DNA from: Sphaerodactylus townsendi
Taxonomy: Eukaryota
Direction: 5' to 3'
NCBI RefSeq assembly: GCF_021028975.2
Contig: NC_059432.1
Coordinates: 50,344,001 to 50,408,000 of the forward strand
Length of the DNA: 64,000 nucleotides
The position numbers and the translations under genes were made by a program. Of the stretch, positions 1-12,988 are shown in pieces. The notes under the pieces are model-generated. The model saw only the letters and a program-made list of their open reading frames with translations. It did no database searches and was not told where the DNA came from. Within the stretch, counting starts at the first letter, position 1; each line of letters begins with the position of its first letter.

Positions 1-146
1 TTTAAAAACATCTCTCTGACTGGAACTCAGTGGCGTAGTGCTAACGGAATGGGTGTGTGTGTGTGTGCGCGACGCCCTGGCTGCTGCTGTAGCAGTGCCG
101 TGGCCATGCTGCGATGGGGGTGTGGCGGGGCATTCTGTGGTGGGGC

Positions 147-1077
147 CACTGGCGTAATGCCCATTGGGCAAGGTGGGCAGCTGCCCAGGGCATCACCTTG
201 TGGGGGGCATCAAAATGCTGGGTTGGTTTTTGGGTATTTTAGTGGTTTTCCATTTTTGGCCTGCAGGGGGCGCAGTTTTCAGGCTAGCGGCACCAAAATT
301 TCAGTGTTTCATCAGGAGACTGTCCTTATGCTACCCCCCAGGTTTGGTGTGGTTTGGTTCAGGGAGTCCAAAGTTATGAACTCCCAAAGGAGGCGCCCCT
401 ATCCCCCATTGTTTACAATGGGAGCTAATAGGAGATGGGGCTACAGTTTTGAGGGTCCATAACTTTGGCCCCCCTGAACCAAACTGCACCAAACTTGGGG
501 GGTATCATTAGGGCAGTCTCCTGATGAGACCCTGAAAGTTTTGAGACTGTGCCTTCAGAAATGTGCCCCCCCAGCCTGCAACCCCCATTGACAGCAATGC
601 AGAACAAAGATTCTTGGGCAAATTTCTAGGATGTTCCTGCAGGGGGTGCATTTTTGGATGTATCGGCACCAAGGTTTCAGGGTATCATCTGGAGATGATG
701 GCACCCCCCAAGTTTGGTGCAGTTTGGTTCAGGGGGTCCAAAGTTATGGACCCTCAAAACTAAAGCCCTCATCTCCTATTAGCTCCCATTGGAAACAATG
801 GGGGATGGGGCACCCCCTTTGGGAGTCCATAACTTTGAATTCCTTGAACCAAACCGCACCACACTTGGGGAGTAGCATAAGGACAGTCTCCTGATGATAT
901 GCTGAAATTTTGGTGCTGATATGTCTACAAATGCACCCCCTGCAGGCACCAATGTCCTGGTGCAAAAAGAAATTTGGTTGTGGTGGAGTGGCCGCCCATG
1001 GTGGGGTGGGGGGGGGCATCCAACTCAGGTTTTGCCCAGGGCTACAGTTTGCCCAGGGCTGCCTCGTTACGCCCCTG
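147..1077. mobile_element. Non-autonomous hAT (Tip100-like) element with large internal palindromes, nested in a related element (about 28-1160)
   Basis: TIRs CACTGGCGTAA / TTACGCCCCTG; exact 8-bp TSD GGTGGGGC at 139-146 and 1078-1085. The outer element starts CAGTGGCGTAG at 28. Confidence 0.85.
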
Positions 1078-1649
1078 GGTGGGGCGGGGGTGGATGGCAC
1101 TGCGGCAGGGGCACAGGGTGCACTTGTGCCTCAGGCGCAGTTTCCCCTTGTTGCGACTTGAGGTGAATTACACAGAATGAATCAATCCAATTAACAGAGT
1201 TGGACATTCAGAAGACAATGCACTAGAATTTAACTTGTACAGATCTAAACATAACCAGAGAATAAGCATAGCATAAGAATGGACACGACCCATCAGACAA
1301 AAGAAAAAAAATTAAGTAGTAAGGAGTCTACTCACAGAAAAGATAATATCATCTATGGTATTATCTACAGCCCCATGCCTTTACCCAAGCTTCTTTCTGA
1401 AACATATCGTTACAGAGCAGTGCTATTTCCTGTGCAAAAAGCCCTCCAAAGTAATTCAACTTATTTTAGCTTGCAGACAATCAGGAGAGCGCAGCGTTTC
1501 TGACTTTATCAGGCAGACCATTACACAAGGTGGGGTTGCAACAGACAATCGCATGTACAGGCAGTTGTTGATTTAACTCATTTGCAGGGTGACACCTTTA
1601 AAAGACCTTGTTCAGATGAGCAAAGATTTTGTGGTGGACCACAGACGGA

Positions 1650-2030
1650 GTGACTTCCCCACAGATAGAAGTGACCTAGGCCACAGAGAGCTTTGTATGT
1701 GATAGCCAGCACCTGAAATTGAGTGCACTAGTTGATAGACAGTCAATGGGACTACAGAATGGGGGGTGGGGGGAAATGCTCCATCTGGCTTCCAGTAATA
1801 ACAGAGCTGCACCATTTTGTATCATCTACTGTCTCCGGACTAACTTGAGGGGAGGCTTATGTAGGATGCATTACAGTAGTCTAGCCAGGGTGTTACAATG
1901 GCGTGGATCCAAGTTGCCACACTGTCCGTATCAAGGTGCGGGGCCATATTCCGGACTGGGCTGAGTTGCAAGAGAGGGTTGTTTTGTTTGCATTGAATCA
2001 GCGTAATTAACCTTTCCACAAAAAGCGACC
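1650..2030 (-). mobile_element. Decayed L2-type LINE fragment
   Basis: Minus-strand VATWIHAIVTPWLDYCNASYISLP resembles the L2 ORF2 motif IHALVTSRLDYCN. Boundaries approximate. Confidence 0.65.
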
Positions 2031-2369
2031 ACAATAGTTACTCTTCTGGGTCTTTCATGAACGGTGTTACTTTTGCTAACGTAGCGATTAGCTAAATTAT
2101 TTCGAGCCACGCGAGAACTAGGGGAACTGAAATTTTGTCTTTAATGCTGCTTTAATATACTGGAAAAATACTTTATATATCGCCTGCAGTTCTTTCTCGG
2201 CAATTTGGCAAAAAAAAAAAAAACCAACCCCGTAAACAAAAAGGTTAACTAAAACTAGGAATATATATTGCAAACTGTGACTGGGCCTTTATTTAGGGGA
2301 CAAACTCCTCTCAAGGGGCGTGCATTCTGTCGTTCAAAAACGGGCAGCCCGGAGCGATGCTATTGCACG

Positions 2370-2446
2370 GCCCGCCCTCTCCACGTGCAGAGCTCCGGCA
2401 GAGCTTCCACTTCCTTTACTCGGCGGTCCCAGGAGCTGAAGATGGC
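2370..2446 (+). promoter_or_regulatory. PRDX3 CpG-rich core promoter / 5' UTR
   Basis: GC box-like CCCGCCC, E-box CACGTG (2382), ETS-like CACTTCC, YY1-type AAGATGGC overlapping the start codon. Confidence 0.55.
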
Positions 2447-5400
2447 TGCCGCAGCTGCACTGGGAAGGTTACTGAAACCCTGGGTAAGTGCGGCCCAGCG
2501 ATTTGCAGGTCTCTTGGTCGCTCGTTGATATGCGTAGACCGAGAGAGAAAGATTTGCTGAGCAGAGGCTGTTGGTCCGGTTATGCTTCCAGTCACCCCAA
2601 CAACTTTGCCTGCTCTTTTTCTTCACGCAGGAGCCATTTCGGCAACCTGTTCGACCTGCCTTCTCTGCAACTGTACAGGTTTGCAGCCTATCCCGTTTGG
2701 GACCCTCGCGACTATTAACGTTGTTCTCAAAAAAAGGCATGCCGAGGGAATCAAGCCTAATTTTATTTTGTGCTCTCCTTCCCATTGCAAGCTGTTCGTT
2801 CTTCCAGCCCTCGGGCCTTTCCCGCCTGCAAAGTTGCTCTGCGCCTTTCGGACCCTTCTTTGGGGACGGCAATGAACTGATCGTAGTACTTTTGGGGTTT
2901 TGCAGGCGGACAGCCTCGTTAATGGGTTGCTGGGTGCAACTGGGGCCCGCCTCGACTAGCTTGCAGGCTACGGACTTGTGCACCCTTTCTGCATAACCTC
3001 CCCAGCCGCTAGCTTTGACTGGAGATCCGTGTAATGCACCCGGGTTGCCCCATCCATTTTTCTGTCGTCTTTTCCCTTACAGCTCGGCCGGCCAGTTTCC
3101 TATCCCTGGAGGGCGTGCTCAGCTGCCGGAAAGCCCCTTCGAGTCGCCACAGCAGCAGCCTGGAGCAAGTGTGAAACCCACGTGACGCCTCCTTTTTCTC
3201 GGGTGCAATTCAGTACAAGTGAGTGCGCTTTGTGGCAACTAATACTGGTTCTCGTTTTACTGGCTTTTGCGTGATTGCTTTGTCAGTTCCTAAAAGAGAT
3301 GTCAGATGGGCCACTCTCTGCAACTTATAGCTTTTTCCTTCTACGGTATAGAGCAGGGGTCCCCAAACTACGGCCCGGGGGCCAAATGTGGCCCCCTGAA
3401 GGCATTTATCCGGCCCTCCAGGCATGGTGGTGATGGCTCCATTCATGTGCAGTGGGGGCTCGAGGGAGAGGAGGAACCAGCCCCAACGGCTGTTGATTCC
3501 AGTTACATGATGGCACCCCCAAATCTCCATGAATTTTCTGACCCAGAGTTGGAAACCTTACATGTGGCAACGCCTACTCCACTCTTCCCTCTCAGCTACT
3601 CCATGTGTTGCTCTCAGGCTTTCTGTTCCGCCTCACTCCCGTTGGCATCAGCCAGGCTGGCGAATCACTCGCTGGCTGCTAGGGAGGAAAGAATCCAGGA
3701 AGATACTTGATCCTGGGTTAGATGGAATGTTTCATTGGGAAAGTTCTGCTTTTTTTTTTTTACAGGGGAAGGTATTCCACAGCCTCCCCAACAATATTTG
3801 GAGCCCACCCTGTACTTGACATACTTTGATCACTGTTCTAAAAATAGACCATGACAGAAAGGCTGAAAGGTGAAATCCAACATTTTACAATCATTTGTGC
3901 ATAGGAATTTGTTCATAGTTTTTTTTAGTCCGGCCCTCCAACAGTCTGAGGGACAGTGAACTGGCCCCCTGTTTAAAAAGTTTGGGGACCCCTGGTATAG
4001 AGTATGGCCCCTTCCGCACATGCCGAATAATGTACTTTCAATCCACTTCCAGTCCACTTTGCAGCTGGATTTTACTGTGCGGAATAGCAAAATCCACTTT
4101 CAAACAATTGTTTGAAATATGCAGACCTATAAGATGTACCATTAAATGGAAGGTGTGTGTGTGTGCGCATGTACAATCATTGGATTCAGTAACTGGACAA
4201 TTATAATAATATACATAAATATATTTATTGAATATATTGATCCTCCGTCTTCATTGTGTGACGCGCTGTCTTGTTCCTCTCTCTTAACTATTACTTGAAC
4301 CAAAAGGAAATGTGGGATATAAATGTTTTAATAAATAAATGTGTAACTCTGTAGAGTGGGTAAGCATGTGTGTCCAGATTGCCTAAATGGTTCTGTCATG
4401 GGAAGGGGTGAAGATAAAAATACAGCTGTTCTGGCCAGTGGTAAGACATTACCCTATTTGCATAGCAGCATCAAAAACACAGATGCAACTTAGGTTTGAC
4501 GTTCTGTTGAAACTCCTGTTTGGATTTCTTCCTGCCTGACTATAGTGATGTGTGCAGTATAATATAAACAAGTTTTTCTGATTTTCTGTGGTAATTGTTT
4601 AAGTTATTTCTTTCAGGGACTGTGTTTTTGAATAAAGGTGTAATAGAGTGGGAAGTCCTGGACCTGTCCAGGGAGTCCTACATCCCAGGAACTCAGTTGT
4701 TTTAATGTGAGAAGGTGATAGGTGTACATAACTGCTCTGTGTGTCATTCTGTGGTAAGGCTGGTTGGTTGCATGTCATGTGTATTGTTTTTGCCTTGGGG
4801 CAGAAATGTCTCTTATGTTTTATGTACAGTTTCTTAAGGAACCACAATATCAGTATCCCCTTTTGTATTGAACTTTTCCCAGGTTCTTCAAGGTTTGTTC
4901 CTGCTGTCACCCAGCATGCTCCCTATTTTAAAGGCACAGCTGTGGTTAACGGAGAGTTCAAAGAACTCAGTTTGGATGAGTTCAAAGGGAAATATCTGGT
5001 CCTATTCTTCTATCCTTTGGATTTGTAAGTAACTACATTCATCTCTTTTAAACAGATGGGGCCTGCAAATATAATAACTCATGGCCCCTTTATCTGCAGA
5101 AAACATAACTTTTCTCTATTTTCATTGTGCCTGCCTTTGTATAGAGCAGTGGGTGTTCCTCTGTGTAGTGTGTGAGTGATAAAAATTAAACTGGAAGCAG
5201 GAGTGTTCTTGCATTACTGCCTCATTTGAACAAAGTGCATGGAGGTTGGTCGCTAAAAAAAAGAACAGTGATTTTGCTGAGGTTTGTTGAAATAAGAAGA
5301 AATAAACAGGTAGACTGTTAGTAAGCCAGATCAAGTCTGTCTCCAGTACGGCTTTATTGCTGTCCTTGAAAACATTTTAGACCAAGGTGGAATAATAACT

Positions 5401-8400
5401 CCTACCCTCATCCAGTGATTCTCACTAATGAGTTACAGTGGAACCTTGATTTTTGCCAGTAATCCGTCCGGCGATGCTTGGCTAATACTGAAACCGGTGA
5501 AAACCGAGGCTATGGCATTTGTGCATGCGCTACGCAAATGGTGTAGCAAATTTACGCAAACTGCGCAGGCGAAAACCAAGATGCTGGTGAAAACCAAAGG
5601 CAAAAAATGGCCGGGGGCGACCGGTGAAAATCGAAAACAATGATATCCAAAGGTGACGATAACCGAGGTTCCACTGTACTACATGTTCTGTTAAGATCTG
5701 AGTGCATTCGAATTCAAAAGAAGTACAATAAAACAACAAAGTACTGTAGAAACAGCAATCATGACCTACCACAGAGTACATATTTTAACACAAATGTAGT
5801 GGTAAACTGACTTTGAGAAATGTAATCGTGAGACTACTATCAATTCTTGCCTCCTAGTATAGTGTCTGGATTATCTTGATACCTATTCACTTTTGGCAGT
5901 AGCCGTTTACATTATGGGTATCTTGGTGGCAACTTGCTGTTCTTAGTTTTCATTGCCTAGCTTACCAAAATGGACAGGGTTTAGTAGTGAACTTGCATCA
6001 CCATTGTAAACAGCCTTATACTTCTACTTCAGAGCACTAGAAGGATGGAATTCTGCTTAGGACTGCACTGTAAAAATGTGTTAGAGGTGTGATTGATACC
6101 TGAGTACCATCATGACAGAGTTCACTATATCTGTATGTATGTTTCTCATATTGCAAATTGTTTACATTTGAAGCTATATCATAAATCCAGGCATGTAGTT
6201 CTCTAGCTAGCATATGGTCACATTGTGTAAAGTCCTTGTTTGGCGGGATACATGGCAATAGGTCTACCAGATCCAACACATTTCTACCCTTGAGATCCTG
6301 CTCTTGAAAAGTAACCATCTTTCACCTGTTTGTAGTTCTGTTCTGATCTGGTCTTAGCAAGGGAATCTGTTTTTTGAAGAATGGGAAGAGGTTAATTGAT
6401 GGGGGAACTGCAGGCTTCTGCTTATTTCAGACCATTGGGGGCCCCTTAGGAATAGATACATACACTGTCCAGTTGTGTATATATATCTAGATCACCATCT
6501 GCATGGAGCTAGAGAGGTAGTTCTCTTCATCGTTGTAGAACATGTTTTCTTTTCTTTGACCTTTGTACCAAATGTGTAAACTGAAAGGCTTTGAAACATT
6601 TGGGATTTTTTTAGTGTTCTCTATTGAAAACAAAGATTTTTTTACTCTCTTTTGCCAAATGAATTTGGAGTGCAAGACTATACATTCTTTAATCAGGGCT
6701 GACTGCTTATTCCTTACATTCTCTTTGTACTGTTTCTTTCCATTAGCACCTTTGTATGCCCAACAGAGATTATTGCTTTCAGTGACAAAGCTAATGAATT
6801 CCATGACGTGAATTGTGAGGTTGTTGCTGTATCGGTGGATTCTCACTTTTGTCATCTTGCCTGGATAAATACACCGCGAAAGGTACAAACTGAGCTCTTT
6901 GCTGTGCTGTCACAGGAAAGGGTGGGGCATGGTATAGCACAGTGAAGGCAAACCTTTTTGAGACTGAGTGCCCAAATTGCAACCTAAAACCCACTTATTT
7001 ATCGCAAAGTGCCAACACGGCAATTTAACCTGAATACTGAGGTTTTAGTTTATTATTATTATTTATTTATTTAATTTAATATACCGCCCTATCCTCGAGG
7101 GGCTCAGGGCGGTGCACAATATAAAACTTCATATAAAATCATACATACAGTTTAAAACAACAGGTATATCCTAAAACAGTTTAGAAAAAGTTTAGAAAAA
7201 ACGGTTGGCTCAAGAGGCGTGCGTTACTCGGGAGTAAGCTTGGTGAAGCAACCATGCGTCGCTTTGAAGGGTGACTCACGACCCTAGGAGGGTTTACTCA
7301 GAAGCAAGCCCCATTGCCAGCAACTGAACTTACTCCCAGGTAAAGGATCGTGCCCAGACCACCCTAGGGGTGTGTGTGTGTGTGTGTGTGTGATTTTACG
7401 CCCCTCAACATGGCGGACTCTGCACGCATGCCCACAAAAAGGGCTCTGAGTTCCACCTCTGGCACTTGTGCCATAGGTTCGCCACAGCTGGTATAGCATA
7501 ATAACCACTTCAACAATTCGGGCAGAACTCTTCTTTTTTGATGTTCTTCTGACTTTCTCAGCATGGTTGTCATGCCAGGGTTCTTCAAGTGACATCCAGA
7601 TTGCAACCATATAGTGTTGCAACCATATATTAGAAAAGTACAGTACAGATCAACTCCTGTTTAACTGCCTGACTGTTCCTGGTCAATGTGCTTGCTTGTT
7701 CGCCTAGGGGGAACTGGTGAGTTTGGCTGTATTTGATGAGAGGTTTCTAAGTCAGTAGCTGATTTTCTGAATGGTACAAACTTGAAGGAAATTCTGTTGG
7801 TGTTCAAAAAGATTGTAACTGAAACACTGATAGGAATCCTGATGTGGCTCATGAATAGGGTGGAAACCTGGATAAAAAATATGGCTGTAGGATAATCCAA
7901 AGCCTGCCTGCCTGCCTGCCTTCCTTTCAAACAGAACAAGAAAAAAAGAACAAGGGGATAAAAAACTTAAAATCCAACAACTAAATACAAAAATTAAAAG
8001 TATACATAAAGTACTAGCAAAATTTATCAACAGTGGTGGCAGGTCTACACATAAGTTCCTATAAAGGGTTTCCAGATATCTAAAAATAAGTCTATACATA
8101 ATTGTTGTCTGTGATCAAACTTCCAAAAATAAAAACAAAAGGGGCAGATCTTGCTAGTGATAGTTACTGGCTGTTACTGGTAGTAGAAATCTTGTTCATC
8201 TCCATCTTTGCTGTGAGTCATTTAAAATCCGGCTGATATGTTTCAAGGCTGTACACATTACGGGGGCTACAGGTTTTGGGCCCTTCCACCTCCCATGCCC
8301 GAGCTCTTGCTGTGCCTTGTGACCATCCTGCCCTGTAGCAGAGGTCAGCAGTGCAGTCAGGGACAAGGACGTGCACAGCTGGAGACTGACTGGAAGGGGG

Positions 8401-11400
8401 CCCAGATCCACGAGCTGCACATTATGAGGCAAGGAGAAGCATGCATCTCATGAGTCACAGTTTGGCCACCCCGGCCATGGAACCTAATTCCAGTAATTTC
8501 CAGGTCCTTAGGAAAAATGTTTAGGCCTGATGGCGAAGAAAATATATAGCTGTCTTATAACACCAGTATTACTATCACAATTGTCCTTTCTCTTGTTTCC
8601 TCTGAAAGTATATGGAAGGCTTGAATGAGCTGGACCCTGCTGTTTTTTTCTTACCCTTTTATGGATCTAGGGAATATTTGCTGTGTAGTAAATCAAATTC
8701 TGTTATTCGGGCTTAGTAAGAATTTCTTATAGCCATTGTTTGCACACTAGCAGCATTTCCTGAAATCTTCAAGGTATGGATCCTAACTCAGATTCCAAAT
8801 GTGTTGACAATGCAGGATAATTACTGCTTGAATGAATCAGGAATGCATCAGATTTGATGGATGGGTGCAGCTGGAAATGGTTTTACGGTGTTTATGTGTC
8901 TAACATCCTTGAAGCCAGCGTAGAGAAATTTATGCATCTGCGAAAGCACTTGCAAAATACAATACAGTGACTACCCAAGATCACCCAGCAACAGACCCTG
9001 AATAGTCCCTGAACACTGATGAAACTTGACAGCCTTGTTTCAAGGATGTGTAGTTTGTCTTCCTGGCTGAGAAATTCAATAGATGCAGTGTGCACCACTA
9101 CAATGGGAAACATATTTATGCGAGTAGCAGCATTTCATTCTTGAAATGCAAAAATATATAGTTGAAACCTTACCCATTTTGTGGGTGTTGCTGGCTTAAT
9201 GCTGCTTTTACACGCAGTGAATAATGCACTTTTAATCCACTTTAACAATGGTTTGCAAGTGAATTGTGTCATTTCACACTGCAAAATCAGTTGCATTGTG
9301 CACTGAATCTCATTTTACATCTATCTACTTATTGTAGAATGCTACAATAAAAGAACTGGACATCCAATTTTCATGTCCAAGTGTGACTTGGGGTAGGATT
9401 TTATTGGTCTCTGTTTATTGGGCGGGAATTTAGGAATAATCTGTGCAAATTTAGGTATCTTTTGTTGTTCTGTGCATTGGAAGTATGTCCTGGGTCAGGT
9501 GATTCTTTAAAGACTCTTCCAGTGTTTGGACATTGATGAAACTGAGAGGAAAAGTAAACCAGGATTTAATTTTGGTCCTTGTCCCTTCTCTCCCTGTTTT
9601 TCATTAGAGTGGTGGATTGGGCCATATGAACATCTCTCTTCTATCAGATTTAACAAAGCAAATTTCTCGAGATTATGGTGTACTTCTGGAAGCATCTGGA
9701 ATTGCATTAAGGTGAGAATGTATTTATCATTTCTTTGGGATGGTGCTAAATGTTCATGGTTTCACTGTTAAAGCTGCCAAAAGTTTGCACCTTCAGTGGA
9801 ATGGTTTACTACTTGACTGTTTTAAAGTCTGCATTAGATAAGACCATGTAATGAGAGACTTTTGCTCCTGCATCTGGGAAATCTGTTCTGAATAATTTTT
9901 AAATGGACTTGGTGTATTCAAACCATTTAGTGGTAGAGTTCTCTAGGATTTATCTGTTAAAAGACTGTTTATAAACTTCTAAATACAAACAAGTAAGGTG
10001 TGAGTGCTATTCTTTCAACTATGACCAGCAAACTGAAAACAACCAGAAACCATTATCTTTTATTAAAGAAAACAAAAACAAAAGATATTAAGAAAAACAG
10101 CATCTGCTGAGTTTTTAGAAAATGGGCATGGCCAAGTGGGGCTCTTGCCCAGCAGGGCTTCTGATTGGCTTTTAGAGATTCGATTGGCTGTGCTGATTTT
10201 TAAAACTTTGCTTTGGCAGTCTCTCCCACTACAGCACAAGGATCTTCATGGTGTGACCGAATGTAAGCTGTTGCTTTGCCTGCCATGCTGGTCAGAATTC
10301 AAAAGGTGCCCACAGGCTGAAAACATTAAATCTATGCATTCTATTTTATTTCTCTAAAGGGGGCTTTTCATCATTGATCCCAGTGGAATTATCAAGCATT
10401 TGAGCATCAATGACCTCCCAGTTGGTCGCAGTGTAGAAGAAACACTTCGTTTGGTGAAAGCGTTCCAGTACGTAGAAACGCATGGAGACGTCTGCCCAGC
10501 AAACTGGACTCCAAACTCCCCCACGGTGTGTTACTGAACCGAATATGGTGTTCTTAAATGCAAGTTTTTCAAGCATCCCATCTTCACAATGAGAGACAAG
10601 TTTCTTGTTTTGTTTTTGTTGAGTTTCTTGAAAGCATAAAAGTGTGATAAAACTTCAGGATTCTGATGATAAGCTCAGGCACTTCGAACTGCCTAAACAA
10701 AGTGGGATTAATCAACCAATAATAAAATTGGGGTGCTGTGTGGTTTCCGGGCTGTATGGCCATGTTCTAGCAGCATTCTCTCCTGACGTTTCACCTGTAT
10801 CTGTGGCTGGCATCTTCAGAGGATCTGATAGTAGGAAAGGAAAGCAAGTGGAGTATATATGCCTGTGAGTAAAGGTCAATAGGTGAGGGCATCTGAATAG
10901 GAGTGGCCTGGCAAGTGAGTAACAATGAAGTGTAGCATGTGATTAACAATGGCCTTGCTATCTCCATTGTTACTCACATGCTACACTTCATTGTTACTCA
11001 CTTGCCAGGCCACTCCTATTCAGATGGCCTCACCTATTGACCTTTACTCACAGGCATATATACTCCACTTGCTTTCCTTTCCTACTATCAGATCCTCTGA
11101 AGATGCCAGCCACAGATGCAGGTGAAACCTCAGGAGAGAATACAGCCCAGAAACCGCACAGCACTCCAGTGATTCCAGCCGTGAAAGCCTTCGACAATAC
11201 ATTGATAATGAAATTAGATATACTTGTGATATGAGGAACTTGAGTTGGATAGGATTAGATTTTGTTGGGATAGGATTAGAAAGAGAGCAGTTGTGCCTTT
11301 AAAATAATGTAGTTCATGTTATACTAGTAAAAGGTGTGTGTGGGACAGCTGTGTAAGAGCGGTTCTACTGTTCATATCCTTATGTGAGTTGTGATTGTTT

Positions 11401-11896
11401 GTGGGGAGGAGGAGATATATTAGGACAAAATATGGGAGTAGAAATAAGTTGGCATATCCATATTAACACAACAAGGTTCACCCTTGCTCTCATTAACTTC
11501 AAAAGCTGAGCATCCAGGGGCTGCAGTACAGTGAGTCCTTGCAAATGCACAGTTGCCAGCATTTTACTACATGTCAAACATCTTTCTTGGTTCTTGGGTC
11601 ACAAGAAGGTGACTTGAAATGGTGTTGAGCTAAGTCATACAACAAATTCCAAGCCATGCTGGACCCCAGAATGTTGACTGAAATATATTTTTTATTTGAA
11701 AATATTTTTAATCAAGTAAAATATTTAGACAAATATTCAAAATTTCTGTTGCTACATTTAGCTACTTTTTAAAACCCTCAAGGTATTTAGTTCCTACCTC
11801 TGCTGAAAATCATTTACCAATTGTTTGTTTTTTTATTTGCAGATCAAGCCTAGCCCTGAAGCTTCAAAGGCGTATTTTGAAAAAGTACATCAGTAA
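2442..11896 (+). CDS. PRDX3: Peroxiredoxin 3, mitochondrial thioredoxin-dependent peroxide reductase (7 exons, 259 aa)
   Basis: join(2442..2483,3083..3218,4883..5024,6747..6882,9608..9711,10360..10525,11843..11896) = 780 nt, all GT-AG, phases consistent. N-terminal Ala/Arg-rich transit peptide ([14 protein letters not shown]), FFYPLDFTFVCPTE (peroxidatic Cys), [13 protein letters not shown] (resolving Cys), C-terminal YFEKVHQ*. Confidence 0.97.
3354..3994. mobile_element. hAT-Charlie MITE, OposCharlie1/Myotis nhAT1-like termini
   Basis: TIR CAGGGGTCCCCAAACT / AGTTTGGGGACCCCTG; exact TSD GTATAGAG (3346-3353, 3995-4002). Confidence 0.88.
5436..5676. mobile_element. Tc1/mariner (Tigger-like) MITE
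   Basis: TA|CAGTGGAACCTTGAT ... AACCGAGGTTCCACTG|TA with a TA target-site duplication. Confidence 0.85.
6940..7490. mobile_element. hAT MITE with a nested LINE 3'-end fragment (about 7050-7180, minus strand)
   Basis: TIR CAGTGAAGGCAAACC / GGTTCGCCACAGCTG; exact TSD GTATAGCA (6932-6939, 7491-7498). The insert begins with a (TTA/TTTA)n tail followed by ATACCGCCC. Confidence 0.85.
10729..11201. mobile_element. Penelope-like element pLTR fragment in inverted (foldback) arrangement, with hammerhead ribozyme cores
   Basis: About 220-bp inverted arms 10729-10952 / 10964-11168 with an 11-nt spacer. CTGAAGA...GAAAC core in each arm. Flanked by ATAATAAAATT / ATAATGAAATT. Confidence 0.82.
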
Positions 11897-12988
11897 GCCA
11901 AAGGAGGTTAGGGGTTAGTGGAATATTGCAGGCTGAAACCAGAAATTGATTTTTTTAGAGCACACAGAGTCATCATACAAATAAAAACATATTTTAAAGG
12001 ATTTTCCTCCCTCCCAGGTACATTTAAGTAGCCCCAGATGCATTTGAGTGACAGTACTAAGCCTTTGGCACTTGTAACATGAAACAGCACTAAGAGAAGG
12101 AGCTCCTTTTTCAATAGTCGTCTGGTGAACTATGATGCTTATATTCTGTCTGGAACACATTGACACTTTGGGATTGTGCATCAAGAAGTGATTGGTTACC
12201 TTTACCTGCCATAGGCTATTTAGAAAAGAGGAAGCAAGTTACGCTCTAACAAATGAACTTTACCACCTTCCTGTTCTGCTGAAAGATGAAGAGCGGATTT
12301 ACACATGCCTTCAACAGATAGATTTGTGCACCTTCCAGTTCCACTATATTAAATATGTTTCAGCATGCCTGGCCTATATTTATCTGTACAGGTCTACTGC
12401 CAGCCCATGTAGATCTCAGCATTTCCTTTTATGCCCTGTGTGGATGAGGTATACTTGTATTCAGATGTATGTTTATAGATCTAAATGCCCAATAAATATT
12501 CTACCGATTGTGTATATGTGTATGAGTCCAAGACGCTTCTGCAGATCATTTTCATGTAAAACCACCTGGGCTGCTCAGTAAATTGGAGTAACAATGAAGG
12601 CTAAAACTATAGTCAGTTGTCATACGTAAGGTATTATGATTGTATTAAAATGCTTGGGGGGAGAGAAATGAAGGATTTTTTTATACAATAACTATAATGG
12701 TATGAGCTGAAACCTCACTTGCTACCACAGTGACTTTAGTTACAATTTATGCTGACTTTTGGATGCTTTGGATACCTACTCTCGACTGTGGCACCATGGC
12801 ATGCTTGTAATTATGTTGAAGATTCGTTGATGAATCTGAATTTTAAAAGCTTAGTTTCAAAATGATTTTGAATGGATGCCTTAAGCTGTGCAACCTTGAA
12901 TAAATAAGGTTTAAGAAAACCTGCCTGGGATATCCTGTAGTTCTTTTCTCTGATCTAGAAATCATTGCACATGTTTGTTCCTCTAGTT

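Noticed and set aside
49-1180. Cluster of ORFs with a repeated PPKFGAVWFRG-like motif
   Set aside because: Produced by the internal inverted repeats of a non-autonomous hAT element; no protein family resemblance.
2360-2996. 207-aa antisense and 141-aa sense ORFs over PRDX3 exon 1/intron 1
   Set aside because: Expected from the low stop-codon density of a CpG island; no recognisable domain.
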